The notes under the pieces: model-generated
Told to the model about the DNA's origin: nothing
Seen by the model: only the letters and a program-made list of their open reading frames with translations
Database searches by the model: none
Program-made: the position numbers and the translations under genes
Shown: piece by piece, positions 10,907 through 23,725 of the stretch
Position numbering within the stretch: position 1 is the stretch's first letter
How the letters are laid out: each line of letters begins with the position of its first letter
From: Chiloscyllium plagiosum
Lineage: Eukaryota
Direction of reading: 5' to 3'
Assembly (NCBI RefSeq): GCF_004010195.1
Contig: NC_057733.1
Span: 42,163,486 to 42,227,485, forward strand
DNA: 64,000 bases

Positions 10907-13389
10907 CTACATTTTGAAGGAACTTTATTTCAAACCCGGGAAGAATCTTTCATGCAATATACTTGGAGCTGTTGCACGTTACTTTGCAAAATGTTCTTTA
11001 ATAAAAAAAAATGCACCAGTTAACATTTCAATATAGTGTTGTTGCCTGGGAATGCAGGAGATGCCAAACACAATCCAGTCCAGAGTTCAGACCTCAGCAC
11101 AGAGGCATAAGTAGTTCATAAATGTCAACTGTACTCATTTCAATTGCTAGTGTTATTTCAATCCCGTGCGTTTTGTTACTTTACACAGACACTTGTGCAG
11201 GGTTTGGTTTCGTACCGTGCAGTTCGGGACAGGGTGCCCAGGCCGGTACATGTTGCTGTTTACTCATTTATTATTTCAGTGGCAGTGTACCAGTACGTTG
11301 AGTACTGTGTTTCTTTGTTGCACTGCTTAGTATTGCATTTTACATGGAAAAGTGCGTTTAAGAAAAATAAACAACCATTGCAAATTCTCCGGTGTGGTGT
11401 CAGGGTCTCTTGTTAAACAAAGCTTGACATAAATAAACGCTTGATAGATCAATTTCTTTTGCAAGATCTGAAGGGTGAGGCAGAAATGAGCCATTTTTCT
11501 GTGAATTTAATGTGCTATGTTATCTGGTCTGCTGGCGATGTAATTCCAATCCATTGCAAAAATGAATTTTTGGAATCATCCATGCAGCAAGGGTTAAAAT
11601 ATGCGATTATTCTCATTTTGCTGTTGCGTGTTTGTTTTTCCAACAGAGCTGAAAACTGGTTGTAGCTAATATTCAGCCTGGCCAGCATGGTAGCTATTTG
11701 TCCCCATTTACAGATTGCATTTAAAAAGCAAAATTCCAAAGGACCAGTAAAGAAGAAAACAGCACAACCTAAGTTGTTGCCATGACAATGGTTTAGTTAA
11801 ATCAAAGCCAATATTAGAGCTTTTACACACACACTGCACCTTTTCAACCACAAGAGTGAAACTAAAATGATCTTCAATAAATCTCCAATATGGCGCTTGT
11901 GTAGTGACATAATAGCTGACTAATAACCACAATTAAACACATTCACTGACTTGCCTACTTTATAAGCAAAATTAAGATTGGAAAAGAACTCTAGTCATGA
12001 CATACCATTTTATTCCATTAAGATTTTTATTAAACAAGTCCACTTAGTGGTACAAATGTATTTTAATTATGTCATTAAAATAAACTTTTATTTGAGGGAT
12101 TATTTGAGAGTTTTCCACTGATTGGTCTGGCACACGAAGTTCTCAACAAATCTGTTCACGATTCTGAAATTAGAGGGTCTGTTCTGAATCTCACACGGCG
12201 TCCAGGAACCAAGCTGGGAAACTGAGGTGTGAGAAAGAAGGGGAAACCTTTTGAACCAATATATTATTCTCACTAAAAGTTTAATTACAGTAATTATTAA
12301 ATGTGTTAGTAGTGTCAGATAATGGACAACGCTAGATCAATCTTCACTTGCATAATTTAGCAATTTATTTAATATGGGTAGGTACAGTAGCTATGAAATA
12401 TCCCCAGTTATTCATAGTCACAGTATTAGCAGACCTTGTACCTGACTGGAGGTGAGATTTACGCAGCATCTCAGAAAATCTTATTTTCCCAATTAAATTG
12501 AATACCGAAAACTGCACTAATGCTTACCTACACTGATTTATTATCATATTTCCATGCGCACAGGAAAATAAAGTTACAAGTGAATTGCTCCACTTCAATG
12601 CAACTACTTATCTAAAGAGGCTGTGAGCTATCACCACACAGTGGTGTCACACTGCTATAGCTGAGAAATAAAACAATTTTTAAACAAACCTCAGCAAAAA
12701 ATTCTCTTGCAAGAGATTCATTTTGGAAACGTTTACATAAGTACAGCCATTGCAAAGTAAAACACAATCATGTCACTAAACCTGAACTGCGGAAATTGAA
12801 AGGCTATTGAATTCTGTTCCCAGTTGAAATGTTATCTAAAAAAATTAAAGTGCAGTCATTTAGTTGGATTTAATTCGATTGTTTTTTTTTCCCTGTATTC
12901 GAAATGTAATTCAACATGGGCAACTCGTGACAGTAACCACAAAAAATGTCGAAGGCTGTGTTTGCAGAAATATCCTCAGGAAATCACAATCTGAAAATGC
13001 CACATAGTCATTCAGAAATAAAAGGTCCACTCCCAGATTTACAAAGTGTGGTAACTTTTCATTTGTTTCTCCATCTGGCTATTTTTGAATGTTTTTCAGG
13101 ACAGACCATTGGCAGTGTACTGTGTGACAGCATTGGGTAATGAGACTGCGGTCACATTTTTCACCCAGAAGGTAGTAGGGACCTGATCCTGAGGAACATC
13201 AGCTCACTTCTGAGAGGGTTGGTAGAGGCAAAAACTCTCAAGAAATTTTTTGTAAAATACTCAGCAAATACGTGTGATATGCCTTTAAGGAACATGCTCA
13301 CGATAAAACCAGTGTATCATGGGTCATGACCTAACAGTATAATGCACTGGGCCAGGTTGAGAGATCTGTTGGGAGGCTGGGCTGCTGAA

Positions 13390-13655
13390 GACCTCTTGTA
13401 GTGCATTGGTAGTGTTCTTACCTCTGAGGCAGAAGGTTTAAGTTCATCTCACCTGCTCCAGAGATGTGTCGTAACATTTCTGAACAGGCTGATTTGAAAA
13501 TATTGATGAGAAGATTTAGATGGTCTTTGTCAGGATTTGGAACAGTTCTGTGGGCTCTTATGGTGCAGTGATAGTGTCCCTGTCTCTGGACAAAGAGGCC
13601 TAGGTTCAAGTCCCATCTGATCTAGAAATCTGAATTGATACCTTTGAACAGATTA
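13390..13655 (+). mobile_element. Two tandem degenerate tRNA-derived SINE heads
   Basis: TGTAGTGCATTGGTAGTG...GGTTTAAGTTC and TGGTGCAGTGATAGTG...GGTTCAAGTCCC resemble A and B boxes. A related minus-strand copy lies at about 26410-26540. Confidence 0.5.
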
Positions 13656-13959
13656 ACTAAAAATAACTATAATTCTCACAGTCTTGATCTTACTGAGCTC
13701 TGGACCCTTGCAGCATGGCATGTTGAAGGAAGCATGCCACAGTACCTCCCAAGTTGCTTAGGTTGAGTTCAAACACACAAATATGTGTGATTGTGCTATA
13801 CATATGCAAGTACCAGCATCTGTAGTAAAAATGCATTGCGTTCCTCAGCACTGTATAACTAACATCTCATATTTATGCTCTAGGAGCTAACATAAGTGTG
13901 ATAGGCATAGATCAGCTGTCACTCCACAGACTCACATCATGGACATCTACTTGAAGAGC

Positions 13960-14040
13960 TGAAAATGTGTTGCTGGAAAAGCACAGCAGGTCAGGCAGCA
14001 TCGAAGGAGCAGGAGAATTGACGTTTCGGGCATGAGCCCT
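13960..14040 (-). mobile_element. Very short Penelope-end-like insert with 14-bp TSD
   Basis: tctacttgaagagc occurs at 13946-13959 and 14041-14054. Confidence 0.75.
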
Positions 14041-14243
14041 TCTACTTGAAGAGCCATGACCTGCAAGGCTGAGTGTCTCATAAAGGAAGATGGAAATCAG
14101 CTAGGTAGCTCTTGGCTGACCAGCACAAACATGATGGCCCAAATGGCCCTCTCCTGTGCCATACGATTTTGGGAGTCCTTGTTGACTATGTGCCCCACAC
14201 TTCTTCATCACTATAACAGAGGCGAGTTCAGGAAAGGTGGAAA

Positions 14244-14370
14244 ATGAAGGGTTTTTGCCCAAAACGTCAATTTCCTGCTCCTCGGATGCTGCCTGACCTG
14301 CTGTCCTTTTACAGCACCACTCTAATCTTGACTCTGATCTCCAGCATCTGCAGTCCTCATTTTCGCCTTG
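14244..14370 (+). mobile_element. Penelope-end-like short repeat (single arm)
   Basis: ATGAAGGGTTTTTGCCCAAAACGTC...GATGCTGCCTGACCTGCTG...CCAGCATCTGCAGTCCTC. Confidence 0.7.
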
Positions 14371-15019
14371 GAAATTTAAGCAGGTGAGTCATGACCTTAT
14401 TGAATAGTGCAGCCTGCTGATTAAGGCTACATAACTTACTCTGTATTGTCCTCCATTAACTCATATTGTAGACATAGAACAGTGTTTTGAGCTAATGACC
14501 GCCTTCTATCTGCAAGAAAGAAACGCAGCAAGTGCAGACATGAATTTTAGTTTAACACAATGCAGATAAAGCTGGATTTTGTTCTATTCAGTTTATTCTT
14601 TCAATGAGTAACTTAATATTTCTGATCTTGGATACTGTGGTTGACTGGTATGTGACTGTTCTGTAGGTTTGGGCCTGCATCAGAAAAGGTGGGGGAATGT
14701 GTAAGGATCAGGTCACAAAGTGATAAAACCAAGAACAGCGTTTGGAGAACTGGCAGTGATTGTTTTTGTCAGCCCCTCACCTGCTGGAATACTTCTCAAA
14801 AACAGAAGGTCATGGGGACCAAAATGGGAACAGTAGCAACAGCATTGTTGCCAAGCAGCAGTATTGGCAACTTAAAATTTTTGCTGAAGAAACTTGTTTA
14901 CAGTGAAGTAGTAAAGAAGAACAACATTTTGCCTACTCAAAACAAACTGCATAGAAGAGAAACCAATACTGTCAAGCCACTCCATGTAAAACAGATGTGT
15001 TTCGGAAGGAAAACATATG

Positions 15020-15316
15020 TGGGTGGCACAGTGGTTAGCACTGCTGCCTCACAGCGCCAGAGACCCGGGTTCAATTCCCGCCTCAGGCGACTGACTGTGT
15101 GGAGTTTGCACGTTCTCCCCGTGTCTGTGTGGGTTTCCTCCGGGTGCTCCGGTTTCCTCCCACAGTCCAAAAATGTGCAGGTTAGGTGAATTGGCCATGC
15201 TAAATTGCCCGTAGTGTTTTCGGTAAGGGGTAAATGTAGGGGTACGCTTCGGCGGGTCGGTGTGGACTTGTTGGGCCGAAGGGCCTGTTTCCACACTGCA
15301 GCGAATCTAATCTAAT
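15020..15316 (+). mobile_element. HE1-type tRNA-derived V-SINE (young)
   Basis: GGCACAGTGGTTAGCACTGCTGCCTCACAGCGCC...GGTTCAATTCC head, V domain GGGTTTCCTCCGGGTGCTCCGGTTTCCTCCCACA, CR1-like tail and TCTAA repeats. Confidence 0.92.
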
Positions 15317-15451
15317 ATCAGAGAAATGTTAGCAAGTATAAATGAGTAATTTTTTTACTGTGAAGTAATTTAAGCAATAATGGGAAATAAAAGAACACAA
15401 AAATGGGAAATGGAATGAATAAATTGGTAAAGGCTGGTATAGAAGTACAGA

Positions 15452-16236
15452 TAGAGTCATAGAGATGTACACCATGGAAACACACCCTTCGGTCCAACCC
15501 GTCCACGCCAATCAGATATCCCAATCCAATCTAGTCCCACCTGCCAGCACCCGGCCCATATCCCTCCAAACCTTTCCTATTCATATACCCATCCAGATGC
15601 CTCTTAAATGTTGCAATTGTACCAGCCTCCACCACTTCCTCTGGCAGCTCATTCCATACATGTACCACCCTCTGCGTGAAAAAGTTCCCCCTTAGGTCCC
15701 TTTTATATCTTTCCTCTCTCACCCTAAACCTATGCCCTCTAGTTCTGGACTCCCCGACCCCAGGGAAAAGACTTTGTCTATTTAACCTATCCATGCCCCT
15801 CATAATTTTGTAAACCTCTATAAGGTCACCCCTCAGCCTCCGATACTCCAGGGAAAACGGCCCCAGCCTGTTCAGCCTCCCCATATAGATCGAATCCTCC
15901 AACCCTGGCAACATCCTTGTAAATCTTTTCTGAACCCTTTGAAGTTTCACAACATCTTTCCGATAGGAAGGAGACCAGAATTGCATGCAATATTCCAACA
16001 GTGGCCTAACCAATGTCCTGTACAACCGCAACATGACCTCCCAACTCCTGTACTCAATACTCTGACCAACAAAGGAAAGAATACCAAACGCCTTCTTCAC
16101 TATCCTATCTACCTGCGACTCCACTTTCAAGGAGCTATGAACCTGCACTCCAAGGTCTCTTTGTTCAGCAACACTCCCCAGGACCTTACCATTAAGTGTA
16201 TAAGTCCTGCTAAGATTTGCTTTCCCAAAATGCAGT
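15452..16236 (-). mobile_element. CR1 LINE 3' portion
   Basis: ORF 15531-16271 reads ...LYRTLVRPLLEYCMQFWSP...FFTQRVVHVWNELP. Confidence 0.93.
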
Positions 16237-16507
16237 TCTTCAATTCTGTTATATACATACATATAGTACAATCACAAACACTTGTCTGTCTGGACTCAAG
16301 CTACGTAACACAGATGTACTTCCCTCAACATGTCATGCTGCAAAAGAACAAAGCTCAGTAAGAGAGAGACCAAAATTATCTGACAAAGCTATAAACCAGA
16401 TTTAATTTAAAGCAATGCCATTAGATAATCCTTTTTCATTGTCAAAACAACACATGGGGTAATAGTACTGACACGTTTGAGTAACCCAGAAAATGGTTTA
16501 AATAGAG

Positions 16508-16852
16508 ACAGCACGGTAGCTCAGTGATTAGTACTGCTGCCTCACCGGACCAGGGACCCAGGTTTGATTGCAGCCTTGAGTGACTATCTGTGTGGAGTTT
16601 ACACATTCTCCCTGTGTCTGCGTGGGTTTCCTCCAGCTGCTCTGGTTTCCTCCCACAATCCAAAGACGTGCAGGTTAGGTGAATTGGCTGTGCTAAATTG
16701 CCCATAATGTTCAGGGATGTGTAGGTTAGGTGCATTAGTTAGGGTAAATATCGGGTAGGGGAATGGATCTGGGTGGGTTACTCTTCAGAGGGTTGGTGTG
16801 GACTTGTTGGGCCGAAGGGCCTGATTCCACACTGTAGGGATTCTAATTCTAA
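16508..16852 (+). mobile_element. HE1-type V-SINE (older copy)
   Basis: Same head, V domain and tail as the copy at 15020, but more diverged. Confidence 0.88.
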
Positions 16853-19210
16853 TCCCACCATGGCAAATGGTGAAATTTGAACTGAATTAATCAATCTGGA
16901 ATTGTAAGCCACTATAATAATGACCATACAATTGTGAAAATCCTTATGCCCTGTAGAAAGGAAACATCTGCCATCCTCATTGGTCTGGTCTGCTTGTGAC
17001 TATAGGCCCGCAGCAATGTGGTTGACTCTTAAGTGGCCTAATCAGTCATTCAGTTGTATCTGATAGCTACCAAGTCTGACAAAAGGAATGAGACCAGACA
17101 GACCATCTGGCATTGACCAAGGCACCAGAATTGACAATGCCACACACCATATTGTCGACCCTGCAAAATCCTCTTCACCAAAATCTCAGGACTTATGCCA
17201 AGATTGGGAGTGGTGTTTCACAAACTTGTCAAAAAAACAGTCTGACAGAGCCATTCTCATGGAATCATAGCTTACAGTATTCCAGTCATCACCGTCACTG
17301 CAGCACAGGTGACAGCACAGAATTATATGGTCAGAAAGAGTTGCCCTGGGAGTCTTTGACATAGTCTTTGGATAAAATGAAGTCGCATGGCATCAGGTCA
17401 AACATAGGCAAGGAAACTATTGATTGATTATCATGTACCATCCTCCCTCACTGATGACTCAATGTTCCTCCATGTTGAACACTGATGAGAAGAAACAATG
17501 TGGGTGGAAAAAGCACAGATGTACTCTGGATGAAGGACTTCAATGGCCACTAGTGCTGTTCTTATTAGGCCCTCCTGCACTGTTCAATGAACTAGGATTA
17601 ATCCCCTGAAATGATGGTAAAGGCAAAGTGGGGGATATTCTGACCACTGCTGCTGACTAAGCTGGCTGAGTCCTCAAAGACATAGCTGCCACACTGGACC
17701 TGCAGGTGGTAAGGGAATAGACAAGAAAGAAAAATATACATGACCTCATCTTCTCCAGTATAACTGTAGTTGATGCATCCATCCATGGCATGAGTTGCAG
17801 TGAGCACCGAACAGTCATTGTGAAGACAAAGTACTAAGATCATATTGCGGTTACACTTTATTGTATGGCCCTACCATCGTGCTGAATGGGAGAAATTTCA
17901 AACAGATTTAACAACTCAAGACTGGCCATCCACGAGCCATAATGGACTATGAACAGCAGCACAATTATATTCAACCACCATCTCTAACCTCATGGCCTGG
18001 CATATCCCCCACTTAACCATTACCATTAATTCAGAAGGTCGATCCTTGTTAAATGAAGAATTGAGGGCATACAAGGAGCAGCACCTAAAATTGAGACATC
18101 AAACAGGTAAAGCTACAATGCAGGACTACTTGCATACCAAGCAAAGCAAGCAGCAAGTCTAAGTGAACCCACAACAAAAAGATTTGATTTCATCTCTGCA
18201 GTCCTGCCACATCCAAATATGGTAGATAACTAATTCAATGTAGAAAGAGGCTCCATAATTATCCCCATCATCAATAATGGGGGAAGACAAGCACATCAGT
18301 CCAAAAGATAAGCATGAAGCATCTACAAGCATCTTCTGCCAGCAATGTCAAGTAGATAATCCATCTTCTGACGATCCCAGCATTGTAGATGCAAGCCTTT
18401 GTTAATATATGTAGAATGAATCAAATTGGCCAAACAGCTGAAAGCATGAGATATTGCAAAGGCTACGGAATCAGATAACATTCTAATAACAGTTCTAAAG
18501 ACTTGTGCTCCAGTCCTAGCTATGTCCCTAGACAAACGTTCCAGTACAGTTAGAATATTTCCATCTACTCAGCAATGTGGAACATCCGATAGGATATACC
18601 TGGGCACAAAAATGAGACAAATATCATTCAGCCAATTGTTGTAACATTGGTCTACTCTCAATCATCCGCAACACAATGAAAGATTTGGTTAATGGCATTA
18701 TCAAAGAACACTTCCTCAACAATAACCTACTTACTAATTCTCAATTTGGGTTTCACGAGGCCCACTCAGCTTCTGACTTCATTACTTGGCCCAAACATGG
18801 AGAAAAGAGCAAAACAGGAGGGGAAATGAGGATGCTTGCTTTTGACTTCAAGGTAGCATTTAACTAAGTGCACCATGAAGGAGACTTAACAAAACCAGAG
18901 TTGAGGGAATTGGGGGAGAAACCTCTCCATTGATTGGAGTTATTTCTAGCACAAGCAAAGATTGTTGTGATTGTTGGAGATCAGTCGTCTCAGCTCCAGG
19001 ACACTAGAGGAGGAGTTCTTCAAGATATAATCCTAGGCCCAGCCATTTTCAGCTGCTTTGTCAACGCCCATTCCCTCATCATAAGATCAGAGTTGGGGAT
19101 GTTTTCTGATTGCATAATGTTCAGTTCCTCAAGATACTAAAACAGTCCATTCCCAAATAGACCAAGTCCTGAACAATATTCTGTACCAGACTAATAAATA
19201 GCAATTAAGA

Positions 19211-19542
19211 ATTAGATTAGATTACTTAGATTAGATTAGATTACTTACAGTGTGGAAACAGGCCCTTCGGCCCAACAAGTCCACACCGACCCGCCGAAGC
19301 GCAACCCACCCATACCCCTACATTTACCCCTTTACCTAACACTACGGGCAATTTAGCATGGCCAATTCACCTGACTTGCACATCTTTGGACTGTGGGAGG
19401 AAACCGGAGCCCCCGGAGGAAACCCACGCAGACACGGGGAGAACGTGCAAACTCCACACAGTCAGTCGCCTGAGTCGGGAATTGAACCCGGGTCTCTGGC
19501 GCTGCGAGGCAGCAGTGCTAACCACTGTGCCACCGTGCCGCC
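19211..19542 (-). mobile_element. HE1-type V-SINE (young, full length)
   Basis: Nearly identical to the 15020 copy in reverse, with a (TCTAA)n tail. Confidence 0.93.
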
Positions 19543-19756
19543 CACAAACATTCACATCACTCAAGTCCCAGGACTTGACCATCTCCAACAGGACAGAACC
19601 TAGCCATCACTGCTAGGCATTCAATGATATCATCACCAATGAATCCAATTATCAACATTTGGAGTTTACCATTGACTAGCAACATAACTACTGTGGCTAC
19701 AAGACAAATCAGAGGCTGGGAATTCTGTGACAAGTAAATCACCTCCACTAGGCATG

Positions 19757-21949
19757 AACTTTCAAAAGCTGATTGAGGGCAGATGTTCGCAGGTAAAGGG
19801 ACGGCTGGACAATGGGAAACCTTCAGAAATGAGATGACGAGAATCCAGAGAAAGTATATTCTTGTTATGGTGAAAGGAAAGGCTGGTAGGTATAGGGAAT
19901 GCTGGATGACTAAAGAAATTGAGGGTTTGGTTAAGAAAAAGAAGGAAGCATATGTAAGGTATAGACAGGATAAATCGAGTGAATCCTTAGAAGAGTATAA
20001 AGGCAGTAGGAGTATACTTAAGAGGGGAACCAGGAGGGCAAAAAGTGGACATTAAATATCTTTGGCAAATAGAGTTAAGGAGAATCCAAAGGGTTTTTAC
20101 AAATACATTAAGGACAAAAGGATAACTAGGGAGAGAATAGGGCCCCTCAAAGATCAACAAGGCGGCCTTTGTGTGGAACCGCAGAAAATGGGGGAGATAC
20201 TAAACGAGTATTTTGCATCAGTATTTACTGGGGAAAAGGATATGGAAGATATAGACTGTAGAGAAACAGATGGTGTCATCTTGCAAAATGTCCATATTAC
20301 AGAGGAGGGGGTGCTGGATGTCTTGAAATGCATAAAAGTGAATAAATTCCCAGGACCTGATCAGATGTACCCGAGAGCTCTGTGGGAAGTTAGAGAAGTG
20401 ATTGCTGGGCCTCTTGCTAAGATATTTGTATCATCGATAGTCACAGGTGAGGTGCCGGAAGACTGGAGGTTGGCTAAAGTGGTGCCACTCTTTAAGAAGG
20501 GTGGTAAGGACAAGCCAGAGAACTATAGGCCAGTGAGCCTGATGTCAGTTGTGGGCAAATTGTTGGAGGGAATCCTGAGGGACAGGATGTACATGTATTT
20601 GGAAAGGCATGGACTGATTAGGGATAGTCAACATTTCTTTGTGCGTGGAAAATCATGTCTCACAAACTTGATTGAAGTTTTTGGAAAAGTAACAAAGAGA
20701 TTGATGAGGGCCGAGCGGTAGATATGATCTATATGGACTTCAGTAAGGCATTCGACAAGGTTCCCCATGGGAGACTGATTAGCAAGGTTAGATTTCACGG
20801 AATACAGGGAGAACTAACCATTTGGGTACAGAATTGGCTCAAAGATAGGTGACAGAGAGTGATGGTGGAGGGTTGTTTTCCAGACTGGAGGCCTATGACC
20901 AGTGGAGTGCCACAAGGATTGGTACTGGGCCCTTTACTTTTTGTCATTTCCATAAATGATTTGGATGCGAGCATAAGAGGTACAGTTAGTAAGTTTGCAG
21001 ATGACACCAAAATTGGAGGTGTAGTGGACAGCGAAGAGGGTTACCTCAGATTACAACAGGATCTGGACCAGATGGGCCAATGGGCTGAGAAGTGGCAGAT
21101 GGAGTTTAATTCAGATNNNNNNNNNNNNNNNNNNNNNNNNNNNNNNNNNNNNNNNNNNNNNNNNNNNNNNNNNNNNNNNNNNNNNNNNNNNNNNNNNNNN
21201 NNNNNNNNNNNNNNNNNNNNNNNNNNNNNNNNNNNNNNNNNNNNNNNNNNNNNNNNNNNNNNNNNNNNNNNNNNNNNNNNNNNNNNNNNNNNNNNNNNNN
21301 NNNNNNNNNNNNNNNNNNNNNNNNNNNNNNNNNNNNNNNNNNNNNNNNNNNNNNNNNNNNNNNNNNNNNNNNNNNNNNNNNNNNNNNNNNNNNNNNNNNN
21401 NNNNNNNNNNNNNNNNNNNNNNNNNNNNNNNNNNNNNNNNNNNNNNNNNNNNNNNNNNNNNNNNNNNNNNNNNNNNNNNNNNNNNNNNNNNNNNNNNNNN
21501 NNNNNNNNNNNNNNNNNNNNNNNNNNNNNNNNNNNNNNNNNNNNNNNNNNNNNNNNNNNNNNNNNNNNNNNNNNNNNNNNNNNNNNNNNNNNNNNNNNNN
21601 NNNNNNNNNNNNNNNNNNNNNNNNNNNNNNNNNNNNNNNNNNNNNNNNNNNNNNNNNNNNNNNNNNNNNNNNNNNNNNNNNNNNNNNNNNNNNNNNNNNN
21701 NNNNNNNNNNNNNNNTTTCACGCAGAGGGTGGTATGTGTATGGAATGAGCTGCCAGAGGAAGTGGTGGAGGCTGGTACAATTGCAACATTTAAGAGGCAT
21801 CTGGATGGGTAAATGAATAGGAAGGGTTTGGAGGGATATGGGCTGGGTGCTGGCAGGTGGGACTAGGTTGGGTTAGGATATCTGGTCAGCATGGATGGGT
21901 TGGACCAAAGGGTCTGTTTCTATGCTGTACATCTCTCTGACTCTATGAC
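19757..21949 (+). mobile_element. CR1 LINE ORF2 long fragment containing an assembly gap
   Basis: KENPKGFYKYI, ENYRPVSLMSVVGK, SGVPQG and FADDTK, followed by the 3' tail. Gap at 21117-21715. Confidence 0.93.
21117..21715. other. Assembly gap (599 N)
   Basis: Run of N inside a CR1 copy. Its size is compatible with the missing CR1 segment. Confidence 0.99.
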
Positions 21950-23451
21950 TTTCAAAAGCTTATTCAACAACCAAAATGCATCAGCCAGAACTGTGATGAA
22001 ATACTATCCATGTGTCTGCATGGATACAGCTCCAACAGCACTCAAGAAGCTTCACACAATCCAGGAAATAGCAGCCCATTTAATTGGCCCCTATCTACCA
22101 CCTTCAACATTTATTCCCTCATCACTGACACAAAGTGGCAGTATATACCATCTCCAAGATATATTGCAGTAACTCACCCAACTCCTCGACAGTATCTTCC
22201 ATCACAACTAATGGCACCTAGAAGGGTAAGGGTATCAGGTGCATGACAGCCCCACCACCACTTACAAGTTCCCCTCCAACCACATAACAGTTTGATTTGG
22301 AAATATATTGTTGTTCCTTCATTGTCACTAGCTCCTGGAATTTCCTTCCTGACAGGACTTTACACAGCACCCATTTTCTGCTCTTCACCACCTTCTCAAG
22401 GGCAATTAGGAATAGATAATAAATGCTGGTCCAGCCAGCAATGCCCACAATCCATGAATGAATTTAAAACATATTGAGGCAGGAATCGGGGGGGGCTGAT
22501 GGGGGGAGGGGGAATCATGCACTATATTCAGAGAAGCACAAGAGGGAGACATTTTTCATTTTTGTACAGCAAAATTAACTTTACAAAGGCAAATGTTAGG
22601 TATTACAGTTTGTTTGCATTGAGATGGCACCTGATGCAAATGTTAGAGAAGAGGCTAAAACTTCCTGCATGTGACAAATATAAATTTGAATTTTTTTAAA
22701 AATGGAAAGCATTCTCGATTGATCAACCGAGAGACTTTTGGACATAGCAGCACCAGACTCAGAACATTAACTGTTTTTCTGTTTACAGATGCCACCAGCC
22801 CTGATGAGTTTCTCCAGCACGTTTTGCTTCAGATTTCCAGGATCTACAGCTCTTTGATTTTATTGGAGCTTGACTTGTTTTTCCTGCTCTTCATGTCACA
22901 ACCAAGTGAGGAGGGGAAACGATCTCCCTTTTTAAAACCTTTCTTGATAGTCACAATACATTTATTTTCGTATATGGCTTTGGTACCTCTATTGAACTGC
23001 AGTTAACTTAACTAAATCAAAAGTGCCAATTCTAAGCATTGTTTTTGAGTGAGAGGATTTGTTACTGTAAATAAAAAAATTGAAGTGCAATATTCAACAC
23101 ATACCAACATGACGATAATGAATGCAAAATACTGCAAGTTCGGCAGGTCTGAAATAAAAACAGAAAGCTGGAGATTCTCAGATCTGGCAGCATCAGTGGA
23201 GAGCAAAACAGAGTTAATGTTTTGAGTCCCGTGACTCTTCTTCAGAACTGAACAGGGCTTCACAGCATTTGAGCAGGAGGTGGACTAGTTAGTGTGTTGT
23301 CCGTACTATCATTGAAAAGGAGAAATGGAAAATGGAACCACGGAAATGATGGAAGAGAAAGATTTTACTTAGATTTGCCGGCACAGTGAATGAAGAGGTG
23401 GGGTAAGGAATAGTTAATAGATATACTCAGGGTTGCCAATGATAGAATCAG

Positions 23452-23546
23452 AGTGGAGAGTGTGGTGCTGGAAAAGCACAGCCAGAAGGTCAGGCAGCAT
23501 TCGAGGAGCAGGAGAATCAACATTTCAGGCAGGAGCCCTTCATCAG
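23452..23546 (-). mobile_element. Very short insert with hammerhead-like core and a perfect 15-bp TSD
   Basis: caatgatagaatcag occurs at 23437-23451 and 23547-23561. The minus strand begins CTGATGAAGGGCTCCTGCCTGAAATG. Confidence 0.8.
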
Positions 23547-23632
23547 CAATGATAGAATCAGGATGAGAGGCGTATTGCTAGAAACACATATGATAGCAGG
23601 AAATCAGTGAATTAGTATGTCATAGGAAAGAG

Positions 23633-23725
23633 CTGAAAATGTGTTGCTGGAAAAGCGCAGCAGGTCAGACAGCATCCAAGGAACAGGAGAATCGACGTTT
23701 CGGGCATAAGCCCTTCTTCAGGAAT
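23633..23725 (-). mobile_element. Very short insert with intact hammerhead-like core and 15-bp TSD
   Basis: Flanks are tgtcataggaaagag (23618-23632) and tgtcacaggaaagag (23726-23740). The minus strand reads CCTGAAGAAGGGCTTATGCCCGAAACGTCG. Confidence 0.8.

Larger units (their letters stand above)
16855..22460 (+). mobile_element. Old, near full-length degenerate CR1-superfamily LINE, split by younger SINE and CR1 insertions
   Basis: Remnants LLTNSQFGF, AFDFKVAFN and GVLQDIILGPAIFSCFVN. Colinear with the copy at 58565-61510. The sequence resumes after each insertion (about 19546-19750 and 21950-22460). Confidence 0.7.

Noticed and set aside
10443-11036. 197-aa and 107-aa plus-strand ORFs
   Set aside because: They lie antisense to the MAP2K6 exon 1 and promoter in GC-richer DNA and have no recognisable protein features.
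15020-15095. tRNA-like sequence with A and B boxes
   Set aside because: It is the head of an HE1-type SINE and continues into a V domain and LINE-like tail, so it is not a tRNA gene.
14689-15296. ORFs of 81-166 aa on both strands
   Set aside because: They read through HE1 SINE sequence, and the same peptides recur at the 19.4 kb SINE copy.
20859-21812. Long ORFs containing X runs (also 57363-58038)
   Set aside because: These are artefacts of translating through N gaps.
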